From NCBI GenBank assembly GCA_045805065.1, contig JBJMMA010000156.1, positions 1-22,810 on the forward strand: 22,810 bases of DNA. The letters run 5' to 3'. Under the pieces are notes generated by a model. It was not told the DNA's origin and ran no database searches. It saw only the letters and a program-made list of their open reading frames with translations. Of the stretch, positions 16,003 through 22,810 are shown in pieces (position 1 is the first letter of the stretch; every line of letters begins with the position of its first letter). The translations under genes were made by a program, and so were the position numbers. Source of the stretch: Bdellovibrionia bacterium. GTDB lineage: Bacteria > Bdellovibrionota > UBA1018.

Positions 16003-16117
16003 TTTTCCCCCACTCAGTTGATTTTTCTGACCTTTCCAGGTCAGCTTTTTTGCGATTTCCAAGTTGTACTGTCCCCCATAAAAAGCCCGGCAAGCGGCCT
16101 TTGTGGCGGGGAGCCTA

Positions 16118-16133
16118 AGCAAGTTGCAGGCCA
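16118..16133 (-). promoter_or_regulatory. Sigma54 (RpoN) -24/-12 promoter candidate for the M4 protease
   Basis: Minus strand reads TGGC-CTGCAAC-TTGCT, matching TGGC-N7-TTGCW, about 115 bp upstream of ATG 16002. Confidence 0.65.
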
Positions 16134-16475
16134 TAGTTTTTTGTCTTGTAAATTCAATATGTTGGATATTTAGAAGTGCTAACTAGGGGGGTCATTTTGA
16201 AGAGATGCGTAAAATATCGCTGATTTAATGCGGTGAGTCGTGAAAATAATTCCGGTGCCGTTTTGGTCAGGAACTCGTGCGGCGAGTCAAGTCAGTCCAA
16301 AGTTGAGAGAAATTGGGAAGCCTTCGTTTAAGTCTTAGTCAGTGTCAAAAATATAACCGACTTTTATTATCAGGTAAGGAGGCGCAAAGTTGTAAGGGCC
16401 TGAAATCACGCCGTTTATATAGTTAATAAAACTTAACCGTCCGGCTTCTGGCTTGCATTCATCAGATGCACCCTC

Positions 16476-17330
16476 ATGCTTCAGAAGTATTCTTTCTTTT
16501 GTGTCTTTGCGCTGCTGTTGACCGGACTCCACTGGTGGTCTTTGCACATCAACGTGTCGACGGAGAATGGGGTGCAAATGGAAACCACGGCTGCAGAGCA
16601 GGAAGAAATTTCACAGGCAGACCTCCGACGAGAACTTCTCGAGTCCATGGATCGATTGGTGATCCTGGAAAACTACTATCACTCGGTCTATGGCCATTAC
16701 ACTCAAGTCCTCAATCATGCAGGCTTTTCTTTACCAGCGCGCCTCAGTCGTCATTATGAGATTCGAGTGATGACCGCAGCGAAAAACCAGTTCCAAGCCT
16801 CCGCATTTGCAGAAGAGCGAGGCAAGATTACGGATCGTGTTTGGGTGGATCAGCTTTTTCGTGTGACTGCTAACTTTCCAATTCCAGCTCCAAGTGCTGA
16901 ATATCTCAAGTTTCGGGCTGCCCAGCATTTAAATGCCCTGAGAGATCTTGAGCCACCTCACTTCATTCCTGAGTATGGAATTTATACAGGGTACTTCCGG
17001 TACGAGATCCGCCGCGACTCAGGAGATCGTCCTGTTGCCGTTGCTATTGGAGTTCAGTCGCCCGTCGCAGGGATTCAACTCGAATCAGAGCCCAAGAAAA
17101 CGATCTTAGGTGAGAGCCGTGAAGTGAAAGATCCCATGGCTTTGCCAAACCTGTCAGGAGAAGTCGGAAACTACGCCAAAGAGTGGTCCAAGCTTGCTGA
17201 GGCTGCTGATCATCAGTACGGCGAGTCGACCCCGAGTGTAAGCTTAGTTCCTGAGGCAGATCGTCGGGTAGCGGGACTTCCCGACGTTCCTCCCTCGGAT
17301 CAACTCATCATCGAATCCATTACTAAATAG
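16476..17330 (+). CDS. Membrane-anchored hypothetical protein with a type IV pilin-like globular segment
   Basis: N-terminal TM helix. 'LVILENYYHSVYGHYT..L...GF...RHYEI...FQASA.....G...DRVWVDQ' recalls pilin head domains. Confidence 0.65.
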   Translation: MLQKYSFFCVFALLLTGLHWWSLHINVSTENGVQMETTAAEQEEISQADLRRELLESMDRLVILENYYHSVYGHYTQVLNHAGFSLPARLSRHYEIRVMTAAKNQFQASAFAEERGKITDRVWVDQLFRVTANFPIPAPSAEYLKFRAAQHLNALRDLEPPHFIPEYGIYTGYFRYEIRRDSGDRPVAVAIGVQSPVAGIQLESEPKKTILGESREVKDPMALPNLSGEVGNYAKEWSKLAEAADHQYGESTPSVSLVPEADRRVAGLPDVPPSDQLIIESITK

Positions 17331-17387
17331 GTTTACTTTTCCGAGCTAAATGCCTTGAGTCAGAGGGGAATTCCTCAAGCGATTCTT

Positions 17388-17417
17388 TTGACAAGCTTGG
17401 AAGCCGTCGCTTAGACT
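17388..17417 (+). promoter_or_regulatory. Sigma70-type promoter candidate for the lytic transglycosylase
   Basis: TTGACA (17388-17393), 18-bp spacer, TAGACT (17412-17417). Confidence 0.55.
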
Positions 17418-17438
17418 GAATGGATCGTCAATGCGGGA

Positions 17439-19193
17439 ATGATCTCGCAGAGGGGGCATTGGGTGGTCGAATTGAAAAGGATTTCGCATTCGTTCTTGTT
17501 TGCAGCTTCCCTGACAGCCGGAGTGCTGGTCACGGGCTGCGCGACGGTGAAAGCACCGTCAGAGTCGGGAAGACCTCTCGCTAACGCTTCGTCGAGCTCG
17601 TCTTCGTCAGCTCGCACCGTGGATGAGGTCATCCAAAGAAGCAATCTTGAGCAACCTGCCCCAAGCGCAAATTCTGTCTCATCGAATATTGGCAATTTGG
17701 GCAAAAGAGTCGATTACGGCGATATCGTCATTCAGGGAAAGCGCCTCAAAAACACGACTTTTGATATCCCCGTCACTGTGAACTCCCGCGTGGAGTACTG
17801 GGTGGATTATTTCACGGGTCGTGGACGTAAGTACTTTGCAACCTATCTGGAGCGCGCTGAGTTCTTCATTCCTTACATGCGCCCGATCCTCAAGCAAAAC
17901 GGAATGCCAGAGGATCTGGTTTACCTTGCGATGATCGAAAGCGGCTTCAATAATTTTGCCCGCTCCAACGCAAAAGCCGTGGGACCTTGGCAGTTCATCT
18001 CCGCGACCGGAAAGCGCTATGGCCTCATGGTCAACTGGTGGGTGGATGAGCGCCGCGATATCCGTAAATCCACGATTGCAGCTGTGGATTACCTCAAAGA
18101 GCTGATGGGAATGTTTGGAAGTTTTGAGCTTGCAGCAGCTTCCTATAATGCGGGTGAAGGAAAATTAGCTCGCGCCATCCAGCGCTTTGGAACCAAGGAT
18201 TTCTGGGCGATTTCGCGCCATCGCTTTCTGAAGCCTGAGACCCGCGATTACGTACCTAAGATCATTGCGGCCGCCCTCCTTGCAAAGAACCGCACCCAGT
18301 TTGGATTTGAACCCGAGAACAAGGTTCATCCAGGCGCAGACGAAGCGGTATCCAGTGACGGCGAAGTCGTGAAGCTCATCAAATCCGACAAGCCCGATGA
18401 TCGTCTGGAAAAGCCAGCCGATGAAGATGGTCCGCAAAACGTCGGTGATCTCCTCAGTCAGCTCAACAATGCTGACATGAAGGATGATGACGATGACGCA
18501 CCGGAAGGCACGGGATCGGCAATCGTTCCTGCGACCTTGATGGTTCCATCCGATGAAAACGGCGCTTCCGAAGGCGTTCAAGCCAATAACGGAAATGACT
18601 CTCAGCCGCTGGCAAAGCCAGTTCCAACCCCGCACATGACCAGAAAAGGCGAAGTCGGGGGAGCGGAGCTTGCTGAGTTTGATGTGAAGAGCCCGGCCGA
18701 TTTGCTCAAAGTTGCACGCGCCGCAGGCCTCTCTTATCAAACCGTGAAGAGCTTGAATCCAGAGCTTCTTCGCTGGTGCACGCCTCCGAACGTGAGCTCG
18801 TATCGCATTCGTTTGCCTGCATCCGTAAAAGAGAAGTTTCTGGTTACCTACAATCACGAGGCTTATCCTCGTCAGGTGGAGTTCATGGCATACAAAGTCC
18901 GCCGTGGAGAAACGCTTGCGCACATCGCTCGTCACTTTGGAATCAAAGTCGATCCGATCAGCGATCTGAATGGCGTCTCTCCGAAGCGTCCACTTCGCCA
19001 TGGAGCAAAAGTTCTTCTTCCGATGCCAAACGATCGCTCCCGCTCGATTGCCTCTCTTGAGGTTCGCGATCCACCAGAGCATCGTCGCCGCAAGGGCCGC
19101 CGTCGCAAGCACTATAGCAAGATCAGCTATGAGCAGCGTCGAGAAGCTGCCCGGGCGCCTCAAGGAAAACGCTCTCGCTCTCGCGAGAGCTAG
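17439..19193 (+). CDS. mltD: MltD-like lytic murein transglycosylase lipoprotein (SLT + LysM)
   Basis: Lipobox 'LVTGC'. SLT motifs 'LAMIESG' (catalytic Glu), 'AVGPWQF', 'DERRD', 'ASYNAGEG', 'ETRDYVPK'. LysM-like 'VKSLNP' and 'YKVRRGETL..IARHFGI...DLN'. The true start may be a few codons downstream. Confidence 0.88.
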   Translation: MISQRGHWVVELKRISHSFLFAASLTAGVLVTGCATVKAPSESGRPLANASSSSSSSARTVDEVIQRSNLEQPAPSANSVSSNIGNLGKRVDYGDIVIQGKRLKNTTFDIPVTVNSRVEYWVDYFTGRGRKYFATYLERAEFFIPYMRPILKQNGMPEDLVYLAMIESGFNNFARSNAKAVGPWQFISATGKRYGLMVNWWVDERRDIRKSTIAAVDYLKELMGMFGSFELAAASYNAGEGKLARAIQRFGTKDFWAISRHRFLKPETRDYVPKIIAAALLAKNRTQFGFEPENKVHPGADEAVSSDGEVVKLIKSDKPDDRLEKPADEDGPQNVGDLLSQLNNADMKDDDDDAPEGTGSAIVPATLMVPSDENGASEGVQANNGNDSQPLAKPVPTPHMTRKGEVGGAELAEFDVKSPADLLKVARAAGLSYQTVKSLNPELLRWCTPPNVSSYRIRLPASVKEKFLVTYNHEAYPRQVEFMAYKVRRGETLAHIARHFGIKVDPISDLNGVSPKRPLRHGAKVLLPMPNDRSRSIASLEVRDPPEHRRRKGRRRKHYSKISYEQRREAARAPQGKRSRSRES

Positions 19194-19223
19194 GGTAAGC
19201 GCTCTCGCTCTCGCGAAAGTTAA
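19164..19223 (+). repeat. 30-bp tandem duplication of the last 10 codons (GKRSRSRES-stop) of mltD
   Basis: GGA AAA CGC TCT CGC TCT CGC GAG AGC TAG followed directly by GGT AAG CGC TCT CGC TCT CGC GAA AGT TAA. Confidence 0.92.
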
Positions 19224-19247
19224 TTCCTGAAAAATTCAGAATGAACG

Positions 19248-19277
19248 AAAAAAGCCCGCCAAAAGCGGGCTTTTTTT
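19248..19277 (+). terminator. Intrinsic terminator after mltD (bidirectional form)
   Basis: A6-GCCCGC-caaaa-GCGGGC-T7. Confidence 0.88.
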
Positions 19278-19293
19278 ATGCTATGAGTTCTTT

Positions 19294-20511
19294 ATGAGCG
19301 CAGGCTTAATCGTCCAAAAGTACGGGGGAACCTCGGTCGGTACTCCTGAGCGCATTCAGGCGGTCGCTGATCGTGTCGCTCGCGTGAAGGCTCAAGGCAA
19401 AGGCCTGGTCGTCGTTGTCTCAGCCATGGGCGATACAACCGATGAACTGATTGATCTTGCGCACAAGATCTCAAAGAACCCTCATCCTCGTGAGATGGAC
19501 ATGCTCCTGACCGTGGGCGAGCGGATCTCGATGGCACTCCTGAGTATGGCGCTTGCGGATCGTGGCGTGCCGGCAGTTTCTCTGACGGGCTCTCAAACCG
19601 GGATCATCACGGATACCGGGCATCGCCGTGCTCGAATTCGGCGCATCTTGGGGGATCGCGTTCGCTCGGCTCTTTCTGAAAACAAAGTGGTCATCGTCGC
19701 AGGTTTTCAGGGCGTGAGCGAAACCAAGGAGATCACAACGCTTGGACGAGGTGGGTCCGATACGACCGCAGTTGCTCTGGCTTCAGCGCTTGAAGCCGAG
19801 GTTTGCGAGATTTACACCGATGTGGACGGGGTTTTTTCTGCTGACCCCCGAGTCGTTTCTGACGCGCGCATCTGGCGAAAGATTCCGCATGATCTGATGG
19901 TTGAGATGGCCACGCGGGGGGCAGGCGTTCTTCATCCTCGAAGCGTTGAGCTCTCCAAGCAGTACGGCGTCAGGCTTTGGGTGAAAAATTCTCTTCGGGA
20001 AGCCGAAGGCACGGAGGTAGTTCCAATGGCTGAAATTCAAAAAAGCCCAAAAGGAATGGAAGAGTTTCGGGTCACTGCAGTGACGTCGGATTCGGGCAAA
20101 GTCTTGATGACGATTGATCTTGAGCGCCCGACGGCCCTGGGGGCAGTCTGGGATCGCGCATCCCTTGGGCATCTAGCTGTTATTTCTCCGGTTTTCGGCG
20201 ATGGCAGGATCCGTTTCTATGCCGATCGGGACTCCATTCTGGAATGGAAAAAGCACCTCGAGAAGCTTTCCGTGGATGGTTTTGTGAAGAGTTATGAGAT
20301 CCAAGAAGAGATGGTTCCGCTGTCCGTGGTGGGGGATCGCTTTACTCAGGATGGCGCAGCGCTCCAGGAGATCGTAGAAAAACTTGCTCAGAATCAGATC
20401 TCGGTTACGATGGGGTCGGCTTCGGCTCTTGCCGTGACAGTCGCCGTTCCTAGGCACCACGCGAGCGACGCCGTAAAGATTTTGCATCAAGAGTTTTTTG
20501 GAAAGGTTTGA
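19294..20511 (+). CDS. lysC: Aspartate kinase
   Basis: 'VQKYGGTSV', '[12 protein letters not shown]', 'GERIS', 'AGFQG', '[12 protein letters not shown]', 'IYTDVDG...ADPR'. C-terminal ACT-like region. Confidence 0.95.
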   Translation: MSAGLIVQKYGGTSVGTPERIQAVADRVARVKAQGKGLVVVVSAMGDTTDELIDLAHKISKNPHPREMDMLLTVGERISMALLSMALADRGVPAVSLTGSQTGIITDTGHRRARIRRILGDRVRSALSENKVVIVAGFQGVSETKEITTLGRGGSDTTAVALASALEAEVCEIYTDVDGVFSADPRVVSDARIWRKIPHDLMVEMATRGAGVLHPRSVELSKQYGVRLWVKNSLREAEGTEVVPMAEIQKSPKGMEEFRVTAVTSDSGKVLMTIDLERPTALGAVWDRASLGHLAVISPVFGDGRIRFYADRDSILEWKKHLEKLSVDGFVKSYEIQEEMVPLSVVGDRFTQDGAALQEIVEKLAQNQISVTMGSASALAVTVAVPRHHASDAVKILHQEFFGKV

Positions 20512-20517
20512 ACTGAG

Positions 20518-21717
20518 ATGAGCGAAAAGAAGTCAGTCGTGATCGTAGGAGACGGATGGTCAGCTCTTGGCCTCGCGGGTTTTCTTGCTCGCACTCAAGA
20601 GCAGGTGACTTGGATCTCCGGTTCTGGATCTCGCATTGTTTCGCCGCTGCCAGGCGTTGAGATGGGCTCTGAAGAAAAGGGCGGCGTGATCTGGTCGCAG
20701 CTTGCAAACGAGTACGCCCTGAGCGCCGGTGCCCTGACTGAGGGTTCATTCCTGCGTGAGTTTCGCAACAAAGCTTTCCGCGAACCGGTTTGGATGAAAG
20801 CGCCGACGCCGGAAGATCGCCGTGAAGCGCGTAACGAATCCCTTTGGACGCCTGAGTGTATTTTCGCTCCTGTCTTTGAAGCTCGCATGCAGCTCAGCAT
20901 TGCCGAAGTTGAAGCGCTTCTTCGCGAAAAACTGGCTGAAATGCCGAACGTTCGCCGCATTGAAAGCGTTCCTATGCAATCCATTCAATCCAAGTCCGGC
21001 AAACTGGAGAGCGTGACACTTGCCAACGGCGAAGTCCTGGCCTGTGACCGCGTCTTTTTTGCCGATCGCTGGAACACGATCAGCCAGGTCGAGGGCATGC
21101 CTAAAGGACTGGCGTTCACTCGCAAGCGTGAACCGATGGGCGTTCTTCAAGCCGTGTTTACTCATGAGCAAGCGGTCGCGGTGGGCGTTCAAGAAGGTTT
21201 CTTTGGAGCGATTTCCCGCGAAGCAGGTGAGGAGACGGAGCGCCACGTTTGGGGATATTTCACCCATGATGGCTTGAAGAGCTTCTGGACGATTTGCCTC
21301 TCCTCCGAGGAAGGCGAAGACAATCACGCGATTGCCAAGAAGCTTCGCAAGATGAAGAACGCGCTCGATAAGATGTTTGTCGGCGAAAGCTGGGTTCCTG
21401 AAGGCAAGGCTGAATTCACGGCCAATGTCCGCAGCGAACAAGTGCGTTTCGAAGAAGCCATTCTCTTTTCAGAAGGCGAAGACCCACGCGAAGCAATCAC
21501 GCTGGATAAGCTTGAAGGAATTTATTTCCTGACCGATGGCTACGGCCCAACGAGCGCACTTCGTCAGGTTGATACAGCGCTTAAGGCTGCAGGATTTGAG
21601 ATCAAGCTCACGGCTGCGCCAGAAGCTTCTTCAGAGAATGCTTCCGAAAGCTCTAACGAGTCTGAAGGCTCCGAGAGCGCTGGCAGCGAAGCTGAAAATC
21701 CATCGCCTACGAATTGA
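20518..21717 (+). CDS. Hypothetical protein with a degenerate Rossmann/FAD-oxidoreductase-like fold and an acidic tail
   Basis: 399 aa, 6 bp after lysC. 'VVIVGDGWSALGLA' and 'VTLANGEVLACDRVFFA' resemble FAD-binding domain motifs. Confidence 0.7.
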   Translation: MSEKKSVVIVGDGWSALGLAGFLARTQEQVTWISGSGSRIVSPLPGVEMGSEEKGGVIWSQLANEYALSAGALTEGSFLREFRNKAFREPVWMKAPTPEDRREARNESLWTPECIFAPVFEARMQLSIAEVEALLREKLAEMPNVRRIESVPMQSIQSKSGKLESVTLANGEVLACDRVFFADRWNTISQVEGMPKGLAFTRKREPMGVLQAVFTHEQAVAVGVQEGFFGAISREAGEETERHVWGYFTHDGLKSFWTICLSSEEGEDNHAIAKKLRKMKNALDKMFVGESWVPEGKAEFTANVRSEQVRFEEAILFSEGEDPREAITLDKLEGIYFLTDGYGPTSALRQVDTALKAAGFEIKLTAAPEASSENASESSNESEGSESAGSEAENPSPTN

Positions 21718-22457
21718 CGAGGGCGATAGCCGAGTACGACTGCGTGAACGCTTGGAAAGCCTGCTTCTTTCAGAGCAAGCGCGGCGTTTCGTAAGGTGTG
21801 ACCGCTCGTCATAAAATCATCGACCAGCAGGATGGATCGAATCTTATGATCTTGAGCCAGGTGAATGGCCTGCTCTGTTGCTATGACCTGTGAAGGGGTC
21901 TGAAGTCTTCTATCCAGTCCAAGCTGCGCTTGCCGAAGCTTTCGAGAACCTGCGCTCTTCAGCGTCAGAAGATCCGTCCTAAGAACCAGGAGGGTTTCCC
22001 GAGATAGCCACTGGGCCACGCTGAGAGCAGGACTTCTTCCCAGACGCCAGGTTCTGTCAAAACTTTGAGGCATTGGAACGATGGCTGTATGGGCACGATC
22101 AACGCCCCGGCCTTGAACGCGCGATAAAAATTCCTTATCTGTTTTTAGTACCCTTCGATCAAAAAGCGGACCTCCATGCTTCTTCCAGGATTTTAAGACC
22201 GTGTATCCGGGTTCGATCAGCAGGTATCTCGCTGTATACGAATCAATGAGCGCAAGTCCTTTTGAACCAAAGCATAAGCTCGGTATATCGGGCTTGTTGG
22301 GCTCACTCGGCTTAAAGACGCAGAGGTGGCTTCCACAGAGCTCACAGAGCAGGGGAGCTGAAAGCGGCTTTGTTGAGCAATCGTCGCATAATGGAAAGCT
22401 ACGTGGCGACGCCGGTAGTTCACAGCTTCGGCATGCAAATAAAAATCGGAAAATCAT
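21564..22457 (-). CDS. comF: ComF family protein (double zinc ribbon + phosphoribosyltransferase-like)
   Basis: CxxC motifs (CRSC, CDDC, CELC), 'IVPMP', 'RQAQL', PRPP loop 'LLVDDFMTSGHTL'. Start is 22457 or 22496. The 3' end overlaps the opposite gene. Confidence 0.82.
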   Translation of the reverse strand: MIFRFLFACRSCELPASPRSFPLCDDCSTKPLSAPLLCELCGSHLCVFKPSEPNKPDIPSLCFGSKGLALIDSYTARYLLIEPGYTVLKSWKKHGGPLFDRRVLKTDKEFLSRVQGRGVDRAHTAIVPMPQSFDRTWRLGRSPALSVAQWLSRETLLVLRTDLLTLKSAGSRKLRQAQLGLDRRLQTPSQVIATEQAIHLAQDHKIRSILLVDDFMTSGHTLRNAALALKEAGFPSVHAVVLGYRPRQFVGDGFSASLPALSEPSDSLELSEAFSEEASGAAVSLISNPAALSAVST

Positions 22458-22570
22458 TCTGCCGCGTTGTGCATATTGGGTGCCTGATTTTCGCAAGCTT
22501 TTGACTACCGTTTCGGAAGGCTTCGTGCCAGATTCAGCGCACTTTTAATTTTGCGTGGTGGGAGAGACGG

Positions 22571-22810
22571 ATGCTGAGTCGCAAAGCTGGGATCGTGTTT
22601 GTTTTGTTCATGGCTCTATTTTCAGGGGCGATAACCGCGGGAGCTTCTCAGGTTCCCTGGAGCCTGAATGACGTCACGATTCTTTTTCCTCTGCCTTCCC
22701 CGAGCGAAACATCATCTTCGGCAATGATCCCGCCACTCGACACCGCTTATCGCAGCAAGCATCTGGAGCTTGGAGAATCGCTGGTCGCGGCACTTGGCAA
22801 CACAGGCATG
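22571..22810 (+). CDS. Exported hypothetical protein, 5' part only (runs off the window)
   Basis: Not in the ORF track. My translation is MLSRKAGIVFVLFMALFSGAITAGASQVPWSLNDVTILFPLPSP..., open for 80 codons to the window end. Signal-peptide-like start and upstream GGGAGAG. Confidence 0.75.
   Translation, partial: MLSRKAGIVFVLFMALFSGAITAGASQVPWSLNDVTILFPLPSPSETSSSAMIPPLDTAYRSKHLELGESLVAALGNTGM

Noticed and set aside
16003..16134. N-terminal extension of the M4 protease, or a c-di-GMP riboswitch in this leader
   Set aside because: The extension would bury the signal peptide and overlaps the sigma54-like element. GGAAA and CGCAAA words are present but not in the c-di-GMP-I order or pairing.
18165..19163. 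332-aa minus-strand ORF
   Set aside because: Antisense shadow of mltD with no motifs. The other short nested ORFs in the track are rejected on the same grounds.
19191..19193. Genome-wide TAG recoding
   Set aside because: Other genes here end normally at TAG (7451, 9385, 17330), and no conserved gene is interrupted by TAG.
19224..19293. Lysine riboswitch or attenuator ahead of lysC
   Set aside because: The region is far too short for the aptamer, and the hairpin is explained as the mltD terminator.

Overview
A gene-dense, mostly housekeeping chromosomal window. The gene content (split CcsB/CcsA system II, CheY plus HPt-like pair, many secreted hydrolases, DUF507, PHA-system protein) suggests a Bdellovibrionota/Oligoflexia-like or other delta-type bacterium; this is an inference. 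In order: rlmL-type rRNA methyltransferase; a GT9-like half protein; resB/ccsB-ccsA; an AT-richer mobile mystery protein A/B (HTH + Fic) pair behind four 12-bp palindromic boxes; a minus-strand trio (secreted PilO-like protein, CheY-like receiver, His-less HPt-like protein); a trypsin-like protease; a small Cys-rich secreted protein; an Rsm22-family methyltransferase; a degenerate biotin carboxylase/biotinyl-domain protein; a PHA-system protein; DUF507; an M4 metalloprotease with a sigma54-type promoter; a pilin-like membrane protein; an MltD-like lytic transglycosylase; aspartokinase; a Rossmann-like hypothetical; comF; and a partial secreted protein. I saw no rRNA, tRNA, CRISPR array, integrase or transposase. 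The most unusual items are (1) a probable pseudo-biotin carboxylase lacking catalytic residues and the biotin-acceptor lysine, (2) a pseudo-HPt ending in a CheZ/FliM-like CheY-binding peptide and coupled to cheY, (3) an in-frame 30-bp duplication of the mltD 3' end in which all five differences are synonymous, and (4) the phased palindrome array upstream of the mobile mystery pair. All family calls come from motif recognition by eye, not database searches.
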